Below the pieces are notes generated by a model. It worked only from the letters and a program-made list of their open reading frames with translations. It ran no database searches and had not been told where the DNA came from. The translations under genes were made by a program, and so were the position numbers. From Andalucia godoyi And28 (lineage: Eukaryota; Protista; Jakobida), in NCBI GenBank assembly GCA_009859145.1, contig VRVR01000056.1:62085-126084 (forward strand): DNA of 64,000 bases, given 5' to 3'. Shown piece by piece: positions 1-9,874 of the stretch (position 1 is its first letter; each line of letters starts with the position of its first letter).

Positions 1-214
1 TTGATTGGCCAATGCCACTTCCAGTAGACAGACGAGGAAAAAGCAACAGGAAAATCGCAAGCATCAAGGTGCAGCGTCAAATTGCCAAACGTTTCGCAGA
101 GCCTTTACTGTACTCTTTTCCCTAATAATTGCTTTTGGGTTTGTTTTTTTTGTTTTTCATGACGATGACTGCTAGCTCGGTCTTTGTTTCTTGTTGAACA
201 GACGAACGTGTAAC

Positions 215-2860
215 ATGTTGCGTGCAGCTCGTTATTTCTCGAGTGCAACAGGCGGGTCACCCAATGTGACTGCGCGGCTGGTTGCAATGTCGGATGCTTT
301 TCGCAGAAACGGACATTTGCGAGCTGACTTGGATCCCTTGAAGCGCTGGTCTCCGTCCGTTCGTGGGGTTCCTGCTGCACAGTCTGTGTCTTTCGACATT
401 TCCCATTACGGACTGAGCGGCACTGAGCCGGTGGACTCGAGTGTCCATCCGTTTGCAAAGAGTGCTGCTGAGCTGCTGGATGTTTTGAAGAAGTCGTACT
501 GCGGTACTCTGACAGTTCAGGCTCAGCATCTTGCGAACCCTGCCGAGCGAGAGTGGTTCGTGACTCGATTGGAAACTACTGCACGGCAGAAGACCTCTCC
601 AGCTCTCAGGTCTCTTCTTTTGGAATCCATTGCGCAGTGCGAAGCGGTGGACCATTACCTCGCAAAGAAGTTTCCGGGAGTGAAGCGCTACGGGTGCGAG
701 GGTGCCGAGGCGATGATGCCTGCGCTGGAGTTCTTGTTCGATGTGGCCGCACGTCAGTATGGTGTGCAGGACATCGTGCTGGGAATGCCCCATCGAGGAC
801 GCATCAACTTGCTGCTCAACAGCTTTCAGTATCCTGCGGCAAAGTTGTTTGCAAAGTTGCTCAAGGGGTATTCGGAGTCTGGCTTGACCCTGGAAAGCGG
901 CACTGGTGATGTGATTTCCCACCTTGCAGCTTCTTATGATCACAAGTCTGGTGCACACATTTCGATGATCCACAATCCTTCGCATTTGGAGACTGCAGAT
1001 GCTGTTGCCGTGGGCAAGGCACGCGCAAAGATGGATCGCGACTCGAAGGCACTCTGCTTGGTGCTGCACGGAGATGCTGCCTACGCCGGGCAGGGTATTG
1101 TTGCAGAGTGCTTCCAAATGATGAACTTGCCGTCGTTCTCCGTCAAGGGTGTGATCCACATGATCGTGAACAACCAGCTGGGTTTCACAACTGAGAATGC
1201 GATTGCTCGATCTACGCCCCATGCTGCAGATGTTGCCAAGTTTGCGGAAGTGCCTATCATTCACGTCAATGCTGATGACCCAGAGGCAGTTGTCTCTGCA
1301 ATGCGACTTGCCCTCGAGTACAAGTTCACGTTCGACAAGGATGTCGTCCTCGATTTGATCGGTTATCGTCGTCATGGCCACAACGAACTTGATGAGCCAG
1401 CATTCACCCAACCACAAATGTACTCGAAGATCCGTGCTCAGCCGTCTGTTGTTTCGCAGTATGCCGAAAAACTGCATGGGTCCAAGGAGAAGGCTGTCGA
1501 GTACGTCAAGTCTGTCCAGGAGTCCGTGTTCCAGCGATTGGACGACGCGTATAATCAGGCCACTTCACTGTCAGAACAGGAGCTTTTGTCGAAGTACCCA
1601 TACGACGCCCTCGCTAAAGGATCTCAGTGGGAGAATGTCCGATCTCCTTCATATGACTCTCCATCAAAGCCGATCATCACTGGTTTGTCGTCCATCAAAG
1701 AAGTCGCGGATGTCATTCGCGCCTCAGTCTCCTTGCCATCAAGCGACTTCACCCCTCATGAGCGACTTTTGCGAACTCACATTCAGGCGCGCCTGAAGCG
1801 TCTGGAACAGGACAAGCTTGATTGGGCAACCGCAGAGGCCCTCGCTTTTGGATCTCTAGTTGGACAGGGGTTCCGCGTACGCATCACAGGACAGGATGTT
1901 GAGCGTGGAACGTTCTCGCATCGCCATTTGGTTCTATATGACGTGAACAATGGTAAGGCGCATCATCCATTTGGAAAGGAGAATGTCATGTTGTGCAATT
2001 CCTTCCTTTCAGAAGAGGCGGTTTTGGGATTCGAGTTTGGCTATGCGGCGGAGCATCCATCGAATCTCGTCATCTGGGAGGCGCAGTTCGGCGACTTTGT
2101 GAACACAGCACAAGTTCCGGTGGACACGTTTGTGACCAGTTCTATTCAGAAATGGCGCCGCCAGTCTTCGCTTGTCCTGTCTCTTCCTCACGGTTTTGAT
2201 GGAACCGGCCCCGAGCACTCTTCGTGCCGTGTTGAGCGTTGGTTGCAGCTTGCCTCTGTGGATGCGGATCCATTTGACGTGTCCATTTCGGTGGTGCAAC
2301 CGTCCACTCCTGCGCAAATTTTCCACATGCTTCGTCGTCAGATGCTTCGCGATTGCCGCATTCCTCTCGTTATGGTTGGACCCAAGACCCTTCTCCGCTT
2401 ACCAGAAGCTGTTTCCTCGGCGTCTGAGATGGGTCCCGGAACCTTCTTCCAGACCGTGATTGACGATTCCACTGTCGACAACCCATCTGCCGTGAAGGCC
2501 GTTGTGTTCTGCTCCGGAAAGGTGTACTACGATTTGCTCAACCAGCGTTCAATCCTGGGAAAGAAGGACTCGGTTGCTCTGGTTCGCATTGAAGAGCTTC
2601 ATCCATTCCCAGTTGACAAAGTTCGCGAGGTGTTGGGCAAGTACAAGTCTGCAAAGAAGATTGTGTGGTACCAGGAAGAGCCTCGTAACCAAGGAGCGTG
2701 GACGCATGCGCGCGATTTTCTTCAGGAGAAATGCTCTGTGCACAAGGTAGAATATGTTGGTCGAAGAGGTCTCTCCCTTCCTGCCGTTGGTGCCGACAAG
2801 TTCCACAAGGCGGAAGTGCAACAATTGCAGAGAGATTTTGCTGCTGCCATTGACATTTAA
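215..2860 (+). CDS. DHTKD1: 2-oxoacid dehydrogenase E1 (2-oxoadipate/2-oxoglutarate dehydrogenase), DHTKD1-like, mitochondrial
   Basis: Intact 882-aa ORF from first ATG (215) with presequence-like MLRAARYFSSA. Motifs GHLRADLDPL, GMPHRGRINLL, NPSHLE, HGDAAYAGQG (ThDP binding), GQDVERGTFSHRH, WEAQFGDF, GPEHSSCRVER. KRYGCEGAE and GDVISHL resemble DHTKD1 (KRYGGEGAE, GDVLSHL) more than OGDH (KRFGLEGCE). Confidence 0.85.
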   Translation: MLRAARYFSSATGGSPNVTARLVAMSDAFRRNGHLRADLDPLKRWSPSVRGVPAAQSVSFDISHYGLSGTEPVDSSVHPFAKSAAELLDVLKKSYCGTLTVQAQHLANPAEREWFVTRLETTARQKTSPALRSLLLESIAQCEAVDHYLAKKFPGVKRYGCEGAEAMMPALEFLFDVAARQYGVQDIVLGMPHRGRINLLLNSFQYPAAKLFAKLLKGYSESGLTLESGTGDVISHLAASYDHKSGAHISMIHNPSHLETADAVAVGKARAKMDRDSKALCLVLHGDAAYAGQGIVAECFQMMNLPSFSVKGVIHMIVNNQLGFTTENAIARSTPHAADVAKFAEVPIIHVNADDPEAVVSAMRLALEYKFTFDKDVVLDLIGYRRHGHNELDEPAFTQPQMYSKIRAQPSVVSQYAEKLHGSKEKAVEYVKSVQESVFQRLDDAYNQATSLSEQELLSKYPYDALAKGSQWENVRSPSYDSPSKPIITGLSSIKEVADVIRASVSLPSSDFTPHERLLRTHIQARLKRLEQDKLDWATAEALAFGSLVGQGFRVRITGQDVERGTFSHRHLVLYDVNNGKAHHPFGKENVMLCNSFLSEEAVLGFEFGYAAEHPSNLVIWEAQFGDFVNTAQVPVDTFVTSSIQKWRRQSSLVLSLPHGFDGTGPEHSSCRVERWLQLASVDADPFDVSISVVQPSTPAQIFHMLRRQMLRDCRIPLVMVGPKTLLRLPEAVSSASEMGPGTFFQTVIDDSTVDNPSAVKAVVFCSGKVYYDLLNQRSILGKKDSVALVRIEELHPFPVDKVREVLGKYKSAKKIVWYQEEPRNQGAWTHARDFLQEKCSVHKVEYVGRRGLSLPAVGADKFHKAEVQQLQRDFAAAIDI

Positions 2861-3317
2861 GCAACAGGGTTGGCGATGGGAGGGGAGGGGGGATCTTCCG
2901 TTCATGTCATGTCTGCAATTCAGCACAAAGTCTTCTTCTGCACGGTAGCCCCATCCCTTCAGGAATAACTGTTTGTGCGTTCGTAAAGATCTGTTCGATT
3001 CCCATCCACAAAATGAAGCACCCACCATAAGCACCCACCACTCGCACCAAACAACTCCGCCAGCTGTCCTGCAGAAAAATCGCGCTCAGCTGTCGTAGAA
3101 TGTGGTTCATGTTCGACTGTTCGACACACAAAATTTGCAAAGAAGCGAGTGTTTCGCAGCCTTTTTGCTCTGCTCTGCTCTGCTTCCCTTTTCTCAAAGG
3201 TCGGAAGCGCCCAGAGGCAAGCCACAGTACAGCACAGAAGGACATAGCAGAAACGAGCACAGCACAGTGAGAAACGGACAAAGAAAAGGAACGAACAGCG
3301 GCTCTGGGATTGATACA

Positions 3318-4271
3318 ATGTTTCGTAGAGGATTTGCGACATTCACGCAAGCTGCGGTTGACGAGATGAAGCGGGTTCGACGAATGCCCACATCGCAGCC
3401 TGGACTGTCAACTGTTGCGCGTGCAGTTCGATGGACGCTTGGCTTATCTGCAATCGGTGGATTCGGTTTCGCAGTGTATGATTTTTCACAGGACTCATCG
3501 ATTCTTCGTGAGCCGTTGAAAAAGCTAGCGGATGACGCCGACAAGCTTCTGTCTGGAGTGACTCCGTATGATTGGGTGCGAAAGCAAGTTTCGGATGTTG
3601 ACGAATATATCCATCGACCGATATCCAAGAAACTGCTTCCTGACCTGCCTCCCCCGCCCCCAGGGTATGTGAATAAGCCTACGCTGATTGTTGGGGTTGA
3701 AGGCGTTCTGGTCATTCCAGTGTATGAACGAGGGCGTGGGTTCAGATATCAAAAGCGTCCCAACGTGGATTTGTTCTTATCTGAAATGAGCAAGTACTAC
3801 GAAGTTGTGTTTTTCTCGTCGGATACGGTCATGTCTGTCGCTCCAATTCTTGAAAAACTCAATCACGGTCCGTTTGCTTCCGGAATGCTGTTTCGCGATG
3901 CGCTGGACGTCGTTGGGGAGAAGGTCTATGTCAAGGACTTGTCGAATTTGAACCGTGACCTTTCTCGAACTGTGTTGGTGGATGCGGATCTAAATGCCTG
4001 GCAGCGGCAACCAGAGAACGCGATTGGGTGTTCTTGGTGGGAGGGCGATCTGAACGACAACCAATTGCAAGAACTAAGTTACTACTTGCGCTCCTTGGCG
4101 CTGCAGCCCGGTGATCTGCGCAAGACCATGGGCCCAGGTAAGACTCCGGAGCAGCGTATGGCGGATGCATCACGCTTTGCAGAAATAGTGCGCAAGCGAG
4201 AAATCGAAATCGCAGAGGAGAAGAAGAGACAACAGCAGCGTGCTCAAAAGAGCATCTTTGCGCGACACTGA
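3318..4271 (+). CDS. TIM50: Mitochondrial import inner membrane translocase subunit TIM50 (NIF/FCP1-like domain)
   Basis: ATG at 3318 gives presequence MFRRGFATF, then one TM segment (WTLGLSAIGGFGFAVYDF), LLPDLPPPPPGYVNKPTLIV, KRPNVDLFL, YYEVVFFS, VKDLSNLNRDLSRTVLVD, QPENAI. Confidence 0.9.
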   Translation: MFRRGFATFTQAAVDEMKRVRRMPTSQPGLSTVARAVRWTLGLSAIGGFGFAVYDFSQDSSILREPLKKLADDADKLLSGVTPYDWVRKQVSDVDEYIHRPISKKLLPDLPPPPPGYVNKPTLIVGVEGVLVIPVYERGRGFRYQKRPNVDLFLSEMSKYYEVVFFSSDTVMSVAPILEKLNHGPFASGMLFRDALDVVGEKVYVKDLSNLNRDLSRTVLVDADLNAWQRQPENAIGCSWWEGDLNDNQLQELSYYLRSLALQPGDLRKTMGPGKTPEQRMADASRFAEIVRKREIEIAEEKKRQQQRAQKSIFARH

Positions 4272-4359
4272 TGGGACGCTTCGGAGAGCGGAGCACGGGT
4301 AACACAGAGCACAGAGCACAGAGGGGGTCTGCTGTTCGAAATGAAATGAAATGCTTGCA

Positions 4360-4392
<33 letters not shown>

Positions 4393-4592
4393 AATACAGT
4401 TCACCGATACTTTTTTAGGTGCTATATTATTTTTTTCTACCGTGTGTGTTTTTACGAATTTGCGAAATCAAAAGCAGCAGAGAGTAGGATAACATCATTA
4501 CGGGAGCGAAACGGAAACAAGAATTGGACGCAGAAGACACGAGACATAGAATGACATAGAAAAAGACCGGTTTGATCGAGGAAATCGGTTCG

Positions 4593-5648
4593 TTACATGT
4601 AGGCGCCGTGAGTGTAGTGTACAGTGGCAGCCATGAACTCGGCAAAAGTCTGACCAGCCGTCCATTGACCAATGGCAATATCTTTGGGATCCACGTTCTC
4701 TGGAGCATCAAGCTTGTCCGTGATCCAAGGTTGCATAAACACGGCAAACGTGGAGCGCGAGAAGAGCTTGTGAGTCTGGGAAGCACGAACGGCGTGCGGA
4801 GTAGCTCGCAGCATGCCTCCCGACAAGATCTGACTGGACTCTCCAATCTGGAACGCCAAACAGTCGAGAGGAATGCGTCCCTTGTGGAAGTTTCCGTGGC
4901 GATCTCGAATGAACAATCCAGCCTTTTCATCCACAAACTTGTCCGTTTGTTGTCCGCTCTCGTCAAAGAACATTGCAGGGCAAAGTCCGGTAAGTGCGCC
5001 ATGGTCTGTGTGTTCCTGGCACCAGTTCTCATTCATTTTCGAGTCCGCAGAAGCTGCAGGGAAATAATAAAGCAATCGGGCTTTGCATCCGCGGCTTGTC
5101 TGAATGGTGTTCTTCATGGAACGGAAGTTCCGGTGCAGAGAAGCGACATACAGGTCGCACTGTTCTGCAACCAGCACTCCAGTATCCACAATCAGCTTAC
5201 CAAGGTCCTTGAAAGCGAATTCCAGCTGCGGCAGCGACTCTGAAGGCCACACGTTCGGAAGCGCAATCGTGGGGTTCTTAGCCATTTCCTCGGCGTCCGA
5301 AGAAGGCTCGTCGTAGATTGGGTTTGCATAATAAGAACCCTTTGCCCAGTCCATGGATTTTCCACCGTCCAACGTCTCCACTCCACGGGAATAGCCCAAT
5401 TGAAAGAGCGCATCTCGCTTCACACATTTTTCAATTTCAGCTTGCGGCAGATTGACAAAGTCGCGTGCCAAAGGAAGAAGTGCCTGGCGCTTCTCCTGGA
5501 AGCCCGGAACGCCGCGCACGACCAGAATTCCAAGACCATCAGGACCATAAGCCTGCCCAATGGATGCGGTAAGATCCTTCTTGGAGACCAGGTCTGCGTA
5601 GTTCAGGACAACAATCCCGTTTTCAACTTGGACTCCAGAATCCGTCAT
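4593..5648 (-). CDS. 2-oxoglutarate/Fe(II)-dependent dioxygenase (isopenicillin N synthase/clavaminate synthase-like)
   Basis: 351-aa ORF. GPDGLGILVVRGVP N-terminus, HxD motif (WCQEHTDHG), distal His (LRATPHAV), R-x-T/S (SRSTFAVF). Confidence 0.85.
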   Translation of the reverse strand: MTDSGVQVENGIVVLNYADLVSKKDLTASIGQAYGPDGLGILVVRGVPGFQEKRQALLPLARDFVNLPQAEIEKCVKRDALFQLGYSRGVETLDGGKSMDWAKGSYYANPIYDEPSSDAEEMAKNPTIALPNVWPSESLPQLEFAFKDLGKLIVDTGVLVAEQCDLYVASLHRNFRSMKNTIQTSRGCKARLLYYFPAASADSKMNENWCQEHTDHGALTGLCPAMFFDESGQQTDKFVDEKAGLFIRDRHGNFHKGRIPLDCLAFQIGESSQILSGGMLRATPHAVRASQTHKLFSRSTFAVFMQPWITDKLDAPENVDPKDIAIGQWTAGQTFAEFMAATVHYTHGAYM

Positions 5649-5815
5649 ATCTCTTTACCAACTCACCTCTGCTATCCCTGTTCTGAAACTAAGAAGAAGA
5701 ACGAGAAAAAAATCACACTAAGTAAAAATGAAGAACCCAAGAATGAATCAATTATATAAAAAATAATGATTTTGAAAATAAATTTAACAAAAAGAAAAAC
5801 GAAAAGAAAAGAAGG

Positions 5816-5965
5816 ATACTTAAGCTGCTCAGGCTACTAGTATTACGAAGGTCGAAAGACGCCTGGGAGCGAAAGAGCATTTCGGGCAGCCCGACGAACT
5901 GTCAAGCTGTCGAGGGAGACCCGAAACAGGGGAATCTCCGTTGGACGAGAATAGCCCGGACGAAC
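5816..5965 (+). ncRNA. Candidate structured ncRNA with U1 snRNA-like motifs
   Basis: GC-rich island between A-rich flanks. Several hairpins with GAAA loops (GUC-GAAA-GAC; GGAGA-CCC-GAAA-CA-GGG-GAA-UCUCC). 5' AUACUUA and UAUUACGAAGGU at U1-like spacing. Not confirmed. Confidence 0.3.
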
Positions 5966-6248
5966 AAAAAAAAATTTAAAAAAAGAGAGAGGCTACTGGA
6001 GGCATCAATTGATCCAACAGATCCAGAGAGAGGAGGGGGTTGTTGATCGACTAGTGTCGACAGCTATGCTTCAGGGATCCGTCGCTGCGAAAGGGGGGGA
6101 AAACTGAGTTCACGATGTTCTCGAATTGCTGCTGCGCGCATTCATTGTCCAATCGCACACTGAGAGGCTGACACGCATACATACCCACTCTCGCTCGTGC
6201 GCTCTGTCTTTGTGTGTGCACAAGAGCTAGGTGACAACAAGGGAAGGC

Positions 6249-8168
6249 ATGTTCCGAAGACTGGGTGGGCTGACGTCCACGTTATCTCAGCTGACCAAGG
6301 ATGTCTTTATTGAGGATGCCGATACGGCAGATGACGGACAAAAACAGACGTCTCGAAATGACGCGAATTCCAAGAACTCGGCTTCTGTGGCTGGCTCTTC
6401 CGGCGGTGCGGCGGCGTCGAGCTCATCAGGGTTACGAGGCTCGTTCAATGGGCTTCTCAATTGGAAAGACGGAACGTCGGCCAACATGGTGCCAATCGAG
6501 ACCTCGGGAAAGGATATTGCGCTGAATTCGTCGGATGCCTTGGGCTTCATCCGAGTCTCAATCGTGGCATCAGATGATCAGCAGACAAAGAAGCTGAAGG
6601 AGCAGATTCGAGACCTTGAAGAAGCTGTGCAGGCTATGGAAGAAGAACTCGTTGCGGCACAGAGTAGCTCGCAGCATCACCTCTCGACAGCCACTACCCA
6701 TGCAAAATCACTCGAGGCTGACGCGGAACTGGCGAAGGCCCAACTGGAGATTGCAAATTTAAATACCCGTCTGCAAAAAGAACAGGAGAAAGTCAGCAGG
6801 CTCTCGTCCTCTGTGCAAAAGACCACAAATTCAAACTCGTCCGCAATCCCTTCGAATTCGGTTTCGAAAAAGCAATACGATGATTTGCTTGCATTTGCAA
6901 TCAAGGCTGCAAAATTAGTGGTCGAAAAACGATCAAGTTTGGTCGAGTCTGGAGCATATGATGCGTGCTTTGCACTAATGCAGGAAAGCATGGCGCGAAT
7001 TTTGTCAAAGATCTCGGAAAACGAGTCCATGCGAATTCAATTGGAAGAACTCTCAGAGGATGCACACCGGGCTCGGTCATTTGAAGCGGAGGTGTCGGAA
7101 TTGCACACGGAACTTTCCGCTCGTGAAGTTACCATCCAGCGGCTGACTGCGCAGATGAGCGAATCGCGAACGTCGCTCTCGGAAAAAATCGTCGATTTGG
7201 AATCGCGAGTTCGAGAATTGCAGTCCGCAAATAACAAACTCGAAAGTACCGTCAAGGATCTGCAGGATCGCAGTGCGCGAGAAGAAATGACGCGTGTTCG
7301 ATCCATGGACACTCTTGAAGCAGAGCTGCACGTGGAAAGAGAGAAAATGAGAAAGGAGTTCGACGAATGGAGCAGTCAGAAAGATGCTTACGAAACATCC
7401 ATTGCAGACCGCGACGATCAGATCAGAACCCTGAAGGAACAGCTTTCTGTATCACTTCGCTCGCAAGGCAATCTGGAGGCTGCTTTGCAGTCCTTTGAGC
7501 AAGAACTGGCCTTTGAAAAAGAGCATACTTCCATTCCTCTTCGATCCAAGGTCCGTGATTTGGAGCAGAGGTTAGAAAAGTGCCAACTTACTGAAGAAAA
7601 ATTCGCTGATGTTTCTGAACGACTTTCGGCTTTACAAAAAGAAATGGATGCAAAGGACAAATTCGCCATCGCATTGCGAGACGAGAATTTACGGCTCAAG
7701 GAAGAGATCTCTGCGCTGCGGGATCATCTTGAGGAGTCCCTTGTGCGTTTGAAGAATGCCATGGATGACGAGTTTGTTGTGGACAGACGGATCGTGAACG
7801 ACCTGCTCGTTGCATATGTTTCACGGAAGGGCGATCGCCAGGTCTTGGAACTAATGGCAAAGATTCTTCATCTTTCTGATGACGACAAGGAAAAAATGGG
7901 GCTCATTCAACAGTCCTCTCGGTCATTATGGGTGTCTGTCTTTCAGAAGGCTTCGAACGCCTTCAACGCTGCCGCTGTTAAATCTCCAGATGCCGCACAG
8001 AAAACCAGGGCAGTCACCAACGATGCAGGTAGCCTGTCTGATCTGTTTGTTCAATTTTTGATCAAAGAAGCAACAAAATCGGAGTTAGGGACGCACGGAA
8101 CTGCCGCAACACCGCTGTCTCCAGCCGACGACACACGGCTCCCTGGAAAAGAACCCCACACACCATGA
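6249..8168 (+). CDS. Coiled-coil golgin with C-terminal GRAB domain (GMAP-210/TRIP11/Rud3/plant GC3-4 family)
   Basis: Long heptad coiled coil followed by VDRRIVNDLLVAYVS...QVLELMAKILHLSDDDKEKMGL (GRAB) and SLSDLFVQFLIKEA (GA1-like). First ATG at 6249. Confidence 0.8.
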   Translation: MFRRLGGLTSTLSQLTKDVFIEDADTADDGQKQTSRNDANSKNSASVAGSSGGAAASSSSGLRGSFNGLLNWKDGTSANMVPIETSGKDIALNSSDALGFIRVSIVASDDQQTKKLKEQIRDLEEAVQAMEEELVAAQSSSQHHLSTATTHAKSLEADAELAKAQLEIANLNTRLQKEQEKVSRLSSSVQKTTNSNSSAIPSNSVSKKQYDDLLAFAIKAAKLVVEKRSSLVESGAYDACFALMQESMARILSKISENESMRIQLEELSEDAHRARSFEAEVSELHTELSAREVTIQRLTAQMSESRTSLSEKIVDLESRVRELQSANNKLESTVKDLQDRSAREEMTRVRSMDTLEAELHVEREKMRKEFDEWSSQKDAYETSIADRDDQIRTLKEQLSVSLRSQGNLEAALQSFEQELAFEKEHTSIPLRSKVRDLEQRLEKCQLTEEKFADVSERLSALQKEMDAKDKFAIALRDENLRLKEEISALRDHLEESLVRLKNAMDDEFVVDRRIVNDLLVAYVSRKGDRQVLELMAKILHLSDDDKEKMGLIQQSSRSLWVSVFQKASNAFNAAAVKSPDAAQKTRAVTNDAGSLSDLFVQFLIKEATKSELGTHGTAATPLSPADDTRLPGKEPHTP

Positions 8169-8359
8169 TCAATTCCTGCTTTTCAATGTACATTTCAAAA
8201 CAAGAGCAATGCACGCTCGTCCAGAATAAAGCGAAATACAGAACAGAAAGGAAAAGGACGATCACGTGCAAATCGACCGTATCGGTGCGAAATTGCCAGC
8301 AACCCAAAAAAAAAAAAAAAAGAACCAAGAAGAAGAAAGACTTTGAATCTTGCCGCGAA

Positions 8360-9577
8360 TCAACTCGTAACCGTCTCGGGCAATGGATGCAACTCAACAA
8401 CATTGTAAACTGGGACTCCGCTGGGACCCATAATAAGAAGCCCTTGAACTCGGCACTGTACAAACTGTCCGTCATCCCGCATGTACCTGCAGCACGGAAA
8501 ACTAAAGGATCCATATCGCGCATCTGCGGCAGACGCAAGCCACCCTTCAAGAACCGCTTGCAAAAGAGGGAGCAAATCTGCTGTGTGTACCAACGTCGGT
8601 GGGGCAACATTAAATTTCACAAGCTTCTCCTCTGTCCAGCCAAAAACCTTTGAAAAAGGTGCATTCACGCGCAGCATGGCGGCCATCTTGGCAACAAGGA
8701 CTTCTGGGTGAAGCATTTGGAACAAAAACGGCGCACGGCAAACGTACGTCGGGACTAGAGCATTGGTCCATATGGCGTCTGTGTTCACGTTGACTTCGCA
8801 TCCCTTTTCCATAATGGAATCGAAGTGCAAAAGCTTCTCTTCCGAGAGTGACAAGACGTTTTCCTCGAAATTCTCTAGAAACCGCGAACCAAAAGCTTCC
8901 AAGAACATCTGACTATGCAACTTCAGACACTCGACCACTCGATCACGGAATTTCATTGTCAGTCTGGACGCAAAACTCGAAGAAGAAGAATCTGCTTTTT
9001 TGCTTGCAGAGCAGGAAACAGGGGAGTACGGACTTTCATGTCCTGGCTTGCCGGTGTGTGGAGCCGGAAGAGTGGCTTCCGGGAATGACTGCATATTACA
9101 TCCGAAAGAGTCAACAGATCTATTGTGGTCCGGCAGCTCTGCACTCCCAGAACCGTGAGATGAGAGAGAGGCTGTGGAAAGGCTGTGGTCGTCGCTCGCC
9201 GGCTTCGAGGACGATGTCGTTGATTCGCGCTTTGCATCGACCGAATGCCTCTTTCTTCGCTTGGCAAACGCGGGCGGCTGACTACCCGATGACGAAGACT
9301 CAAAGGAGGAGTCCTGCAATACATTCATCCGTACGGACATTCCATCAGCGCTTGGCACAGGCTGCATAATGCAAAGCTGAAGTTTGTGGTGTTTCTGCGG
9401 AGGATCACAGCAAAAATCACCTTTTCCAATCCGGACACAGCGATTGCACGGCCGGATCCCATCGCATCGTTTATGCGACTTTTGGCACTGGAAACATACT
9501 TTTCCTCGACTGGGACAGAATTCCACATTCGAGTTCGAATCCATGTCCTGATTCCGCCAACGGAATACAGAAGCCAT
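8360..9577 (-). CDS. Zn(II)2Cys6 binuclear cluster transcription factor with C-terminal PAS-like region (ERT1/RDS2/AcuK-like architecture)
   Basis: CFQCQKSHKRCDGIRPCNRCVRIGKGDFC matches C-x2-C-x6-C-x5-C-x2-C-x8-C. Ser-rich linker. C-terminal RVNAPFSKVFGWTEEKL is PAS-like. First ATG at 9577. Confidence 0.85.
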   Translation of the reverse strand: MASVFRWRNQDMDSNSNVEFCPSRGKVCFQCQKSHKRCDGIRPCNRCVRIGKGDFCCDPPQKHHKLQLCIMQPVPSADGMSVRMNVLQDSSFESSSSGSQPPAFAKRRKRHSVDAKRESTTSSSKPASDDHSLSTASLSSHGSGSAELPDHNRSVDSFGCNMQSFPEATLPAPHTGKPGHESPYSPVSCSASKKADSSSSSFASRLTMKFRDRVVECLKLHSQMFLEAFGSRFLENFEENVLSLSEEKLLHFDSIMEKGCEVNVNTDAIWTNALVPTYVCRAPFLFQMLHPEVLVAKMAAMLRVNAPFSKVFGWTEEKLVKFNVAPPTLVHTADLLPLLQAVLEGWLASAADARYGSFSFPCCRYMRDDGQFVQCRVQGLLIMGPSGVPVYNVVELHPLPETVTS

Positions 9578-9874
9578 GGAGAAGGGAGGGAAAAGATTCT
9601 CGTTAGGCTCCAACTGCCGACGATGTCCGAGTTTCCCAATGTCTGACGTCCAAAGTCTGACAGCAAACGAAGCAAAATGAGCGCCATCAAAGCAATCAAC
9701 TGGTCCTCCGAGCCAGCCAAAAGAACCCTCAAGCGGGCAATTGTTTTTTACTACAGCAGATAGCTCTCTGCTGTGTCACGCCCTGGCAAGCATGCCGACG
9801 AGTGACGACCGCGAACGGCGGACCATGGCGAGTTGGTGACGGGCCGTTTGCAAGCAACTGACCCTTGGCATCCA

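Noticed and set aside
257-1477. 406-aa minus-strand ORF
   Set aside because: Antisense shadow of the conserved E1 gene; no recognisable motifs.
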